Shown here one piece after another: positions 26,544 through 38,812 of a stretch of DNA of 64,000 bases (positions are counted from its first letter, which is position 1; every line of letters begins with the position of its first letter). Position numbers and translations under genes: made by a program. Origin of the DNA: Podarcis cretensis (taxonomy: Eukaryota). The notes under the pieces are model-generated. The model made no database searches, was not told where the DNA came from, and saw only the letters and a program-made list of their open reading frames with translations. The stretch spans positions 22,568,001 to 22,632,000 of the forward strand of contig OX638160.1 in assembly GCA_951804945.1 (NCBI GenBank). Reading direction: 5' to 3'.

Positions 26544-29500
26544 TATAAGAAAATGAATGTCAGATATGCACCTCTCTTTACACTGAATATACATTCATAG
26601 GAATCTGGGATTGTATCTAGCATTATATGCATGTACCCACAATATCTGTTCCTGAGATTCAGAGGACACTTCAGAGAATATTTCTGGATGATGCAGGGGG
26701 CTGTAAGGGGCAAGGAGAGGAAGGTAAAATGCTGGTATCTGTTTGCACAATCTTGGATTCCACCCTGGTCTTCCATGGACCATCTCAGCCTAGAGAGGAG
26801 CAACAAAGCTCTTTGTCCATGGAATCCTTCAGTGCCTGGGGTAGGCAGAAGTAAGTCACAACCAATTTGTGATGTGTATATCACCCAGAGGCTTTAAGCT
26901 TGCTACAGAGGGAACTTGTCTTATAGCATACTTCTGGGCAGATGCCAAGATCTCTACCGTGGGAACTCACAAACAGAATCTAATCCTGTAGAGAGCATTG
27001 CATATTTTGTAGAGTCAAACCATAAACGTTTGTTTCTTGGCCCTGCGGTATGAAACGCAAGGGGGTGGGCTGCTCTGCCAGGCTTGCAGCCACCCCACAA
27101 GCATTCTGATACCAAGGATAAGCGCAGCGCAAATGCCTAGGCATGAATGCACGCAGTATCTTAAAGCAACAACACCCACGTGAGAGTTTTTCACAGCAGG
27201 CATTCAGTGTCATGAGACCAAGGACACCCAGGAGCACTATTCCAGCTCCAACACATTGCTTTCCCGCCCACCTACCTTTCTGTCTTCATCAGATAATTCC
27301 TATTTGCAACACGCAGTCTCAACTCTCAAGGGTACGAGGCTTTTCTGGGAATGGAGCATTCCGGGATGGTCCCACGATTCTGGCAGCTACTTCAAAGGAA
27401 GAAGAATAGGCGCAATCTCGCACAGGGCATGGGGGAGACGTCTGCCACCAGGCCAAAAAGCCTTTCTTTCAGAAGTGAAGGTTTTAGCACTGGGCAAGTT
27501 TTAACAACACACTTCTTCAATCATGTGTGAGCTTTGGGAGGATGAAGAATGCAAGATAAACTAGATCAGTATATCCAGCCCATTGATGTGCAAAGGCTGA
27601 ATCGTTGATGCTTCTTCAGGAAGAACCCTGAACAGCCCCCAGATAGTGTGCTCCTTTCCTTGACTTGCACTCTCACCCACCAGAACCTTAAGGAATATAT
27701 GATGACATGGTTAGCATTATCTAGGAGCTGTTACTGTTCTTACCCATCTGGTTAATGAAGACGTTTGCTTCCAAGGACTAGACTAGAGCTATTGCCAAAC
27801 CAAATCTGATTATATGTTAATATCAATTAAATTTATTAGCCATCATATGCCTACACATCTGAGCAATGTACAATAAGTAGTGAAAAAACATCAGATACAG
27901 CAAAACACTACTGCTAAACCAAAACCAAACTACGACAAACCAATTAATCTTGGTGAAATGCATGAGCTTTGGTTGATTAGATCAATTCACGAATCCCAAT
28001 TTGTATAAATCTTAATAGACATGATTCTGAATAAATGAATAAAAAAGGGGGAAATTATTTATGTATCAGGTTGCCTGGAAGGCAGCCCTACTTATTTTTT
28101 GAGAGGCACACACCCAAAGAAATCTGTAGGCTCGCAAGCCTAATTTGTACCTTCTGACACAATATGGAGAACTGAACTTAAAACTGGAAAAATGTGAAAC
28201 TGCTTGAAGCCCCACCCCCCTGACAGCTGTGGGCCCCCCAACCTGACCTGCCATGAACCAGGGTTGTCTCAACCCAACTTGAGTGGCACCCAGCTCCCTC
28301 TGACCTGGCTCACTTTGCTCCAGGAGTCAGCTGAGTTCAGTTTGATTAAATCAATGAAACACTCCAGCCCTACCAATGGCACATCCAGACATTAAACTGG
28401 CATTTATTGGTTTTGCCGCATGCTGCTTCGAGGTCCTCTTTAGGCCTTAAAAAAAGGCCAACAAACATTAATATATGGTTAAACAAACAAATATGTCAGT
28501 AATTTGCTGGTGGAGGACATCCTTGTGCAGAAATTGGCTTTTGACCAGGGGGAATGTGCAGCCTCCAATTGGGGGAAAAAAAGCAGTTTGGAGGTAGGAA
28601 AGATGAATTCTGGGCCTCAACAAGATTCCAGGCTACTACATATACCCCCGATCTGCCAAAAGGAACATCCTGCATGTAGCTTCCCCAGAACAAATTATTG
28701 TTCTGGGTGATTATTTTGAATACATTGCTGCACTAGAGGATTGAGCCAGTGCAAATTGGGGTCCACTAAACAAAGGCATGAGAATACCTTCTTTACTGAG
28801 GTTGATCTGCATTTTATAGCCACCATAAGGAAGCTGCTTTAAAATGAACCATATGGCATTAGTTGCCATTTGGTAGGCTGCTAATAGGAAGGAGCTTTGA
28901 ATACTAATGCATGGAGCCACCCACTGACTGGATCTTTCCCCACATTGGGTCCCTTACCTGACTCTAAAGGGCTCCTGACTACAGCTCCCATGAAGAATAG
29001 CCTTTCCAATAGCAGCTAACACAGGACAACCGGAATAAGGGCTGGGCAGGAGAGTGGAGACAAGGCCATGGCTTTCTATACATGCAAACTCCCCTCTATT
29101 TATGCACATTCAAATATGTGCACAACTATGCACATGTGCATTGTGCCAAACCCTGAACTGACCCAAAAACATCACAAAAGGGGTGGAACGGGGTGTTTGC
29201 AGGATTTTTCAATGGTGTTTCAAATCTATGCGAGTTCACTGAGAACATAACCCTTCTGTAAATGGGGGGGGGTGTGCTGTACAAAAAACCTTTCCCTTTG
29301 TAACATGGTGGTGGTGGGAATCTGGAGAGTCCTAAAGACTAGCTACAGTAGGTGCTTATGGTTCTCAGCAATCAAATTACAGGACTCAGCTATAAATAAA
29401 ACGTTCCAAGTGTGCTTTAAGCGCAGTATATAATGTGATGAGATGGCGATGGCGAGCCTTATGGAAAATTCAATGCAATTTTTTTTTTAAAAAAAAAAGC

Positions 29501-30360
29501 ATTTTCGGACTGGTTTTTATATGTGTGCAGATTCCACACACTTATATGGAATCTCCACTGATAATTCTCCACTGTGGTGCTGTACGTAAATCATCCCAAG
29601 TCTTTGGTACAGAACCAGGTAATGCATCTTGGTGCTTAAGGTTTACAAAGTGCAGGCCATCAAGATGAAGTGGCCATAAAGGGATCGTGTTAGTTTGCAA
29701 GTGCTGCCATAAGTCTCAGGGGGCTGCCGTTTGAAAGCTTGTTATTTATGTCATGTTAGAAACAAGCCGGTGATGTATAGGATTAGTGATGAGTGTAGCC
29801 CTTACTCTGCTGTTTGACATGAATGCATTTTTTTTTATGACTACATAAATGGCTTTTCCTGCTTTAATAAATCTTTACCCCAAAAAAACCCCTACGCACA
29901 ACAAAGGTTGTTGCATTTGTGACAACACCTATTTTCAACCCCGAGAAGGCAGATCCAGGAAGACTCTCATAGACTCCCGTAACTAAGATCTTGGGGAAAA
30001 ACAAGCACACAATGAAAAGATAAATGAGTAGGCTATGGATCCTCCTTCTCCCATACCTAAGATTGAAGGAGCATATCCTGGGATAGTGGTTAGACTAAGC
30101 ATCTGCCTAGGACCAAGGAGATCCCTACTCAGCCAAGGAGTTCACTGGCTCCTCTTGGTGTAATTGTTATCACTGCTTTTCATATGTCTAAACCCACTTT
30201 ATAGCAGGGAGGAGAAACAATGAGCCTCCACATGTTGTTGCTAGGAATGGTCAGTGCTGATGGGAATCATAGTCCATCAACATCTGGAGAGCTAAAGACT
30301 CTCCCATCCCTCCTTTATGTGGAGGTTCTATGCTTGGAAAGGGTTCCATACAGCATTTAG

Positions 30361-30362
<2 letters not shown>

Positions 30363-30394
<32 letters not shown>

Positions 30395-30561
30395 AGATTT
30401 ATTATTTATACCCCGTCCATCTGGCTGGGTTTCCCCAGCCACTCTGGGCGGCTTCCAACAAAACACTAAAATACAATAACCTCTTAAACATTAAAAGCTT
30501 CCCTAAACAGGGCTACCTTCAGATGTCTTCTAAAAGTTTGGTAGTTATTTTTCTCTTTGAC
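30363..30561 (-). mobile_element. L2-type LINE 3' end with (ATG)n tail microsatellite
   Basis: Reverse complement of the 3' end of the adjacent plus-strand L2; (CAT)n run at 30363-30394. Confidence 0.8.
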
Positions 30562-30663
30562 AAATGTAGCATCAATAGAAGTGCCATGGTTAGATCACTT
30601 TCTGGTGCAACTAGACTCCTCCACAACCCTGCCCCTCCGCAAGGAGGTGAGACGGATTCGGAT

Positions 30664-31266
30664 GGTCCCTACCTGCCCGCAGACTGTCTCGCCAGAGTGC
30701 TATATGCTCTGGTTATCTCCCACTTGAATTACTGGGGTGTGCTCTGTGTGGGGCTACCTTTGAAGGTGACTAGGAAACTACAACTAATCCAAAATGCAGC
30801 AGCTAGACTGGTGACTAGGAGTGGTCGCCGGGACCAGTCCTAAAGGATCTTTACTGGTTCCCAGTACGTTTCCGAGCATAATTCAAAGTGTTGGTTCTCA
30901 CCTTTAAAGCCCTAAACAACCTCGGCCTAGTATACTTGAAGGAGTGTCTCCACCTCCATCATTCAGGCCGGACAATGAGGTCCACTTCCGAGGGTCTTCT
31001 GGCGGTTCCTTCACTGCGAGAAGTAAAGTTACAGGGAACCAGGCAGAGGGCCTTCTCGGCAGTGGCACCCTCCCTGTGGAATGCCCTCCCATCAGATGTC
31101 AGGGAGATAAAGAATTGCACAACTTTTAGAAAACACCTGAAGGCAGCCCTGTTCAGGGAAGTTTTTCATGTCTGACATTTTATTATTATTTTTCTATTTT
31201 GCAGGAAGCTGCCCACAGTGGCTGGGGAAACCCAGCCAGAAGGGGCGGGGGTATAAACAATAAAAT
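30664..31266 (+). mobile_element. L2 LINE, 5'-truncated (ORF2 C-terminus plus 3' UTR), degenerate
   Basis: Translations LQLIQNAAARLVT and RAFSAVAPSLWNALP...FRKHLKAALF are typical of the L2-clade ORF2 C-terminus; frameshifted. Confidence 0.88.
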
Positions 31267-32016
31267 TGTTATTCTTAGGCATGTCTGTGCTTGTCTCTCC
31301 CTACTGAGAAGGGCGTGGAAGTTCTGCACATATGAGGAAGGCTAGCCCAGCTTAATCTTCCCTTCACCTCACCCTATGCCACTGCTTGCCCATCAGGAAT
31401 AGTGGCTGATGGTGAAGGCTGGCCTCCCTCACTAGCTGCCGTCACTCAATGGCAAGTGAAAGGTGGCAAGGAAGAGAGTAAGGAAGTCTCCCTACCCATG
31501 CCATTCTGTTTCCTAATTATTACTATTTTTAAAGAATCTGTAAGCTTGGCACATCCCCAAGCAGAAATCTAAGCCTTCACTGTCATTCATAGAGGGACGC
31601 AGGCTGCCTCGCTACCTTCCATCAAAGATTAAGAGATATACTCTACTTATTAGCTGGAACAGACCTGACCTCTGCTCTGATAAATCTGTCTGATGATGTG
31701 TGATACCTGCACTCGTCATCCCTCTTGGCGCAGAGCCCTGACTTGCCTCTGTGTTGTGCTTTGCATCGTTTTTTATTCCAATTCTGTAGTGTCTATTTTA
31801 GAGCTCGGTTGCAGGAAATGCAATAAAACACTGGCATCAGCGTAACCACAGAAATGTGTGCATCACCCTTTAGAAATGTTTGCTCATCTCATCTACATCT
31901 CTTTAACTTTCCTTTTACATCCATGCATTCTACACGTACAAATTCATCCTCTGCAGTCATAAAAGGACTCACAAAGATAATTTGTGCACAGATTAATTAG
32001 CTCTACTCATAAACAA

Positions 32017-32017
<1 letters not shown>

Positions 32018-32054
<37 letters not shown>
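32018..32054. repeat. (ATT)n microsatellite
   Basis: Perfect ATT run. Confidence 0.95.
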
Positions 32055-32055
<1 letters not shown>

Positions 32056-32692
32056 TTGCTGGTTTAGCACTCCATTAATTTGATTTGCTACTATACACAT
32101 TGATTTGATTTGCAACTTATTTACACATTTCATCTCATCTGCCCTTATAACAATCTTGCAAGACGTATCCTCTCAATACCCATTTTACAGATTGGTAACT
32201 TACAGATCAAGCCTGTGCATCTGTACTCAGAAGTAAGTCCCACTGAGGGCAACAAACTGAGATTTGAGCCAAGGAGTGATTGGTTCATATGTGCTTGTCC
32301 TTTGGGGGTGTTAGGGACCTAATTGCCTATAGTACTCAGGCATGAATTTATTTATTCAAACACTCCATAGGATCTATCCTATGTCTATATTCTATATTCC
32401 ATGTCTATATTCATTCAGTGCAATCATAACCTTCAACTGCCGGATTTTATTTAACAATGGCAATTCCTTCTTTTGAGCAACGGACAGAGACTTAGGCCTA
32501 GCTCTCATTGAGATAGTAAACCTGTATAGTGTCCATTCATTACTTTATACTGTGTTGGCAGCTCTCAGGTCTGAATGCTTCTCCAGAAAAAAATATATAT
32601 AACCCCCACATGCAGAACAGTAGCATGTCAAGGGAGAAAGCTAGGCAAGAAATTTTTTTGCTAGTCATTCAGGGTTTTTTCCATGTGCAGGG

Positions 32693-32722
32693 TGTTGTTG
32701 TTGTTGTTGTTGTTGTTGTTGT
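32693..32722. repeat. (TGT)n microsatellite
   Basis: Perfect GTT run. Confidence 0.95.
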
Positions 32723-33018
32723 CATCTGGGAAAACTTTCAATCATGCAAATTCCCAGCTACAATCTAGAGTGGAACACCCTGTATAAAGATACCATCTCA
32801 GTGAGAACAAGACCTTTGGTGCTTAGAAAGTGCAGTTGCTACAGTGCACTGTATTGCCCCGGGATGCATGTAGAGGACTGCGTGTGTACATTGGATTCTG
32901 CATTACATTCTACTTTCAAATGCATCACAGGCAGAAGATTAAGCTTCTCCCTGGCATGCCACCTTTGCGATAGGAGTTTTTCATATGGGAACGTATTCAT
33001 TAGAACATAAATGTAAGG

Positions 33019-33123
33019 TCCAACAAATTCCTCAATTGCCTCGCTGGCAATTTCATTCCCCACAAGATGGAAGAAGCAACAAGGGCATCATCTATCCTGG
33101 ACATGGTTCTCAACAACAGAAAG
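33019..33123 (+). mobile_element. CR1 LINE ORF2 endonuclease-domain fragment
   Basis: SNKFLNCLAGNFIPHKMEEATRASSILDMVLNNRK resembles the CR1 APE motif FL.CL.DNF..Q.V.E.TR..AILDL.L.N. Confidence 0.7.
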
Positions 33124-34486
33124 CAGTTTATGTGCAAAGAAACTCCATGGGGCTGCATTCATGAAAGGCCTATCGTTCCAGAACTGCTCCTGTGTTTCCC
33201 TCTCTCTCTCTCTCTTTCTGAGGTAATTCCTGCAGCGTTAAACGAGACTGTTCCTAATTAAGGATACTTAGGATCGCAGCCTGCGATATATGTGTGTGTG
33301 AATATTGTTGCGTTCAGTATTTTTTTTATAAAAGTAATTATTCGCAGTTTTCATAAAGTTCACAAGCCTCTCTCTGGGCCCTGTTAAAATACAGAAGCAT
33401 GGTTAGACTCCCATCAACACCAATCAAGGCAAACGGAAACCACTCTTAACTATAAAGAGCTTGCCTTCTGATTGCAAACAGCTGTTTACTAATAAACAGC
33501 CACATAAGCAGTCCCTGAAGAGAAGGCTGCAAGGGAGAAATGACATTTAACCACCAGGAGGAAAGAAAAGGGTAACTAAAGGCTTTGTGGAACTGAAACA
33601 TTAGGTTTTCCTGGCACCGTTCCCAGCTCCTATTTAATTTTATGTCCTGTGTCAAGTTTTATGTACCCTCCTGTTTGAGTTACCCAAACCATATTTTGTT
33701 TCCTTGTTCAACTTGTTTTCAAACTACTGTCGCAGCCCTCTCGCTATATAAAAACAGACAAGTCATGACACAGTGTTTTATCACTTCTGCTTACAATCAG
33801 ACTTGCGAAGGCTCTCCATTTGTTTGTTTGTTTACCTGTTCGTACGTATGATAATTTATCCAACAGGTCATCAGGAACAGCATGGCTTAGGAATGCACCA
33901 GCCACTCGCTGCAGTCCTGGCATGACCTTGAATCATATTACCGCTTGACAGGCAAGGGTGACGAGTGCTACTTGCCTTCCTTGCACAATAAAAACTGTAA
34001 CATGCTAACAAATGAAATATAATGAAAATCAGTATGCATTCAAATAATGTTATAGAATTTTATTTTTAATGTTAGAATAGCCACCTTTAGGCATAATACT
34101 TATACATAAAGGAAACATACGGAGGTGAATTTTCTCCACCCCACATTGCTGCTCCCATTGGCCTCTAATGTGGAGGGCAAGCTCTGGAGGTGGGGAGCCT
34201 CATGAACTTGCAGAGCCTCCTCAGACATTTTAGAACCCTGCTTTTCCAGAACTCCAAAACAGAGACTCCACATGGATGTACACAAGGCTCCCTACTTCAG
34301 AGGTTCGCGCTCCGATGTGAGGAGAGCAAAGGGAACAGCGATGGAAGATGCACAGCTACCGTGATTGTCCCTGCTGCCCTTACTCCACTAAGAAATAGAA
34401 CCTGAAAGGGGGCAATGTCTTCATTAATTTAAAATTTCACACACCCATGGTGTGGATGTATTACGTTTTATTAACAGTGCAGTGTA

Positions 34487-34821
34487 AGGTAAAGGTAAAG
34501 GGACCCCTGACCATTAGGTCAAGTCGTGACTGACTTTGGGGTTGTGGTGCTCATCTCGCTTTATTGGCCAAGGGAGCCGGCGTACAGCCTCCAGGTCATG
34601 TGGCCAGCATGACTAAGCCGCTTCTAGCAAACCAGAGCAGCGCACGGAAATGCCGTTTACCTTCCCGCCGGAGCGGTACCTATTTATCTACTTGCACTTT
34701 GACGTGCTTTCAAACTGCTAAGTGGGCAGGAGCAGGGATCGAGCAACGGGAGCTCACCCCGTCATGGGGATTTGAACCGCTGACCTTCTGATCAGCAAGC
34801 CCACAGCGCCACCCGCGTCCC
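34487..34821 (-). mobile_element. Sauria SINE with small deletion in the head
   Basis: (ACCTTT)n tail, head gggacgcgggtggcgctgtgg, 15-bp TSD taac(a/t)gtgcagtgta (34472-34486 / 34822-34836). Confidence 0.92.
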
Positions 34822-34914
34822 TAACTGTGCAGTGTACTCTATGCTAAATTATTGTTCCATAGTGTGGATTTTTGTGCCAAGGGAAGGGGAGGTAGTACAT
34901 ACACAGCTAGAGCA

Positions 34915-35154
34915 GAAGAGTTTGGATTTGATATCCCGCTTTATCACTACCCTAAGGAGTCTGAAAGCAGCTAACATTCTCCTTTCCCTTCCTCCCTTCA
35001 CAACAAACACTCTGTGAGGTGAGTGGGGCTGAGAGACTTCAAAGAAGTGTGACTAGCCCATGGTCACCCAGCAGCTGCATGTGGAGGAGCGGGGACGCGA
35101 ACCCGGTTCCCCAGATTACGAGTCTACCACTCTTAACCACTACACCACACTGGC
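34915..35154 (-). mobile_element. tRNA-derived SINE (Squam3/MIR-like)
   Basis: Minus strand begins gccagtgtggtgtagtggttaagag (A-box), ggttcgcgtccc (B-box-like), core gctgggtgacc..ggctagtcac. Confidence 0.78.
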
Positions 35155-35916
35155 CTCTGCTTTCTTAAATGTCACCAATTCTCAGCTTTATTAGTGGGTA
35201 AAAATTTAACCAGAGGAGGAGAAAGAAGTATGGTCCCGCCAAAGGAAGAATGATCACACCTAGGTGGCAGAGCACATGCCTAGCATACTAGAAAGCTTCA
35301 GGCTTGGACAAATAACATGAGCTGGTTCAAGACAGCTCTCTGTGTGCCTCCTGTGTCCCATGGGGATGTCACAATTTTGAGATGCTGCCCTGCTCACAAT
35401 GCTGCATTCATGGATTCCACTGGCTTCAATAGTAGCTCTACACCTGTGACCACTCAAAGGTTAGCAACTCAGCATACTAGCCCTAAACATATCAGCTGCA
35501 ACTCATTGAATGGCTACAGTTGTGGAGCATTTGTGAAACAGTTTTGTGAAGGAAGAAAGATCTCCCCCTTCAATGACTGGCAGCGATGCTTGGCTCTGCA
35601 CTGAGCAGTGCACTTCTCCAATATAGTAGGGTGTTCTATTCGGAAATTAATGGGCAGTACTCAACTATGTTTCAATCAGAGCAGGCCTCCTTTAATGGTC
35701 ATGTTCATTCATTTCAAAGGGTCTCCTTTTGGTTTATTACCATTCATAGTATCCCATCCCCTGGATCTTAAAGTACAGCCATGCAATTATTTTTAAACAC
35801 CCTTGTTTGCAAAGTGAGGTGCACCTCAGTGAGATCCCCTCCTAATCTACAAGACAGACGAAAAGGCAGTATGACCTTTCCAGTTACTCACTACTTTTTC
35901 ATTGCTACATGCTAAG

Positions 35917-36006
35917 CACAGCTGTCAACTTTTCCCTTTTCTTGCGAGGAATCCTATTCGGAATAAGGGAATTTCCCTTTTAAAAAGGGGAAAGTTGCCA
36001 GCTATG
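35917..36006. mobile_element. 90-bp hAT-type MITE
   Basis: cacagctgtcaactttt...aaagttgccagctatg inverted termini; 8-bp TSD atgctaag / atgctaac. Confidence 0.75.
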
Positions 36007-36015
36007 ATGCTAACT

Positions 36016-36415
36016 TATCCCCCCCCCCCCATAATATTTATTGAATTTCATACAAACACATTACTTCAATAAAACAAAATAAGAAAAATAATAGTAAAAC
36101 GAAAAAGAAAAAAGTGAAATAATACAAACCTAACAAATAATAACCAAGAATACGACCACATACACAAATACAATGAAAATTAATTAGTTAAACTTCCAAC
36201 TTCATAAACATATTACTTGACTTCCCCATACTCTTCCATCTGAATTTCCTTGTAACTGAATGTAGCATTTTCCAATATCATTATTCAAAAAAAAAAAAAA
36301 AATTCCAATTATGATCAAATTTCTTAACTTTTCTTATTGTTCTATTTCTCATTTGTTTATTTAATCCTAATTTAATCCTAGGCCTATTTAGTTCTTTCAA
36401 GTAATTACTAATCTT
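36016..36415 (-). mobile_element. AT-rich retroposed 3' fragment (L1/Tx1-like 3' UTR)
   Basis: Flanked by 11-bp direct repeat tgatgctaact (36005-36015 / 36416-36426); AATAAA on minus near 36040 next to a homopolymer tail. Confidence 0.6.
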
Positions 36416-37713
36416 TGATGCTAACTCACTTCTCCTTGGGCTGTATGAGTAGAGCACCTCTGCTATTTCCCATCCCTTTCCTCTAGCCCAGCCTTTCTCA
36501 ACCTTGGGCCCCTAGATGATGTGGCCCTACAACCCCCATCATTCCTAGCAAGCGTGGTCAGTGAGCTGCTATAGCCATTCTCATCCCAGAATGCCTAATC
36601 AGCAGACCATTGATCTAAAACCTATTCGGTCTTCAAGCATTCCCTCCATGAAATGCCTTGATTGTTAATATAAACTTTCCTTGCAAATTTAGATTCCTCC
36701 ATACCGGGTTCTTCTGACATTATAAGCAAAAAGAGAGAGAGAAGAGACTTGTCTCTTGTTGACTGTAACAGTAGAATTAATTCTGTGGTTGCTGCGTTAC
36801 GGTTATCGTTGGAATTTTGGCTCCTTTTCAGTGAATTAAGCAACCAGTGGGTATGATTCAATTGTTGCAGAAAGAATCAGCTACTGATTAATGGTTCAGA
36901 ATGAAGGCAGGAAGGCACTTCCTAGGGAACCTGAACACTAGGTTAATCATCCCAGGCTCAGGACAGGATGGCACAGAACTGCAGAGAGGCAAATGGACCA
37001 GGCAATTAGCCCTGTTTGACTAGGACAATCAAGCTGGGTATAACAGCTTACCTGTAACCAGGAGCTGCAAGGCAAGGCTGTGAGCTATGGGTGTCATTAT
37101 GAGCACAATGTAATTGAAAAGTCACTGAAATGAAGGTTTAAACTGTGGGTGGACTCATCTGGGGCCCATGTACTGTCAAACCATCCTTGCAGGAACCGAA
37201 CCTGTAATTTCAAGCTATTTTCGGATAAAATAATAAATAATGCATTAAGGGCAGAAATGATGAAAAAATGATGGGTAGTTTCAACAGGAGAAACCTATAA
37301 TTTTGAGCAGTGAAATGATTTTTGGCATGCTCCTGGTTATCCACTTTATATGGGTTCGTTTGTTTTATTTTGTTTTTTCAAAACTGGTTGTGCTAGTTTC
37401 ACACTTTGCTGCTTGCCTTACACAATAGCTTTTGAAATCTGCTTCAGTTGTGTATTTGTCTATCCATAAAAAAAGAAAGAAAAAGTATTCCTGTATGTAA
37501 AAATGTAACACAGACACTCGTATCTCTGCTCAGGATTCAGGCTGGATTCTCAGGTCCGGAAGTTATCATATGGAATGTTCAACATGAGCATCACTTAGGG
37601 AAGCAGAAAATAGATGTTGCTGAAGGAAGAACTATACTGGGTGTATCTGACATTTTACACAAACTTTGCTGCAGTTAAAGAAAGGATTTGTCATTATCTT
37701 CTACCATTTAGAC

Positions 37714-37849
37714 CAGTGGTGGCCAAACTTGGCCCTCCAGCTGTTTTGGGACTACAATTCCCATCATCCCTGACCACTGGTCCTGTTAGCTAGGGATGAT
37801 GGGAGCTGTAGTCCAAAAACAGCTGGAGGGCCAAGTTTGGCCACCACTG
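37714..37849. mobile_element. 136-bp palindromic hAT-type MITE
   Basis: cagtggtggccaaacttggccctccagctgttttt...agctggagggccaagtttggccaccactg; perfect 8-bp TSD atttagac. Confidence 0.92.
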
Positions 37850-37873
37850 ATTTAGACCAAGTCGCAGAGGATA

Positions 37874-38095
37874 AAAGCTATCAATGCCTGCTAGTTATGA
37901 TGGATATGCACCAGATATTAGAGGAATGTGCCAGTATTAGAGGTAGAATGCCTCTGAATACCGGCTACTGGTGAACATGGACTGGGAATGCTATTGTGCT
38001 CCCAGAGGTATCTGATTGCCACTGTAAAAACAGATTGCTGGAATTGGTAGGCCTTTGGTCTGATCCACCAAGGCTCTTTTTATGTTCTTGTGTTC
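37874..38095 (+). mobile_element. CR1-type LINE 3' end remnant
   Basis: gaggataaaagctatcaatg...gcctttggtctgatcca..aaggctctttttatgttctt, a CR1-like tail. Confidence 0.55.
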
Positions 38096-38208
38096 TTAGC
38101 AGTACAGAGGAACTGAAGAGAAAATATTTTGGCCCCATTAAACAAATAAATGCTGAACCAAACAGAAGATGCTGGGCTCTGCATTCCATAGCGTTATTTT
38201 TAAGAATA

Positions 38209-38433
38209 CAGTGGTACCTCGGGTTACAGACGCTTCAGGTTACAGACTCTGCTAACCAAAAATAGTACCTCAGGTTAAGAACTTTGCTTCAGGATGAGAA
38301 CAGAAATCGTGCTCCAGCGGTGCGGCGGCAGTGGGAGGCCCCATTAGCTAAAATGGTACCTCAGGTTAAGAACAGTTTCAGGTTAAGAACGGACCTCCAG
38401 AATGAATTAAGTTCTTAACCTGAGGTACCACTG
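38209..38433. mobile_element. Tigger-like MITE, CAGTGGTACCTC family (opposite orientation to 16219)
   Basis: TA|cagtggtacctcgggtta...taacctgaggtaccactg|TA. Confidence 0.92.
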
Positions 38434-38812
38434 TATTTACTTCAGTTATTTAACGGCATAAAACAAAGGAGCGTCAAAATGTAAACAGTATTGGGGGGGG
38501 GGGATACACAGTTCAACCTACAGTTCAAGAGATGCTTAGTCGTACAGGCCAGAGGACATACATAGAATATATACTTTACTCATTTTCCACCCCACTCTTC
38601 TATTTTATAGCCAAACCTGCTTACAAAATTTTCTAAAGCACATATATTTTGTTAGCTATTAAACGCATCTTAAGACAAATGAACACACAACTTAAAACTT
38701 CAACAATTAGATTAAAGCCTATAAAGTATAGCAGCAACAAAATAACATGGCACCAGAAAGCAAGGCCTGCTTAAATAAGTTGGTTTTCACTGTCTGAACA
38801 CAGGCCCTAGGG

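Noticed and set aside
36622-36861. ORF containing MSEEPGMEESKF with donor CCG|GTATGG as an alternative first exon
   Set aside because: Donor is phase 1 relative to the ATG, incompatible with the phase-0 downstream exon; no homology recognised.
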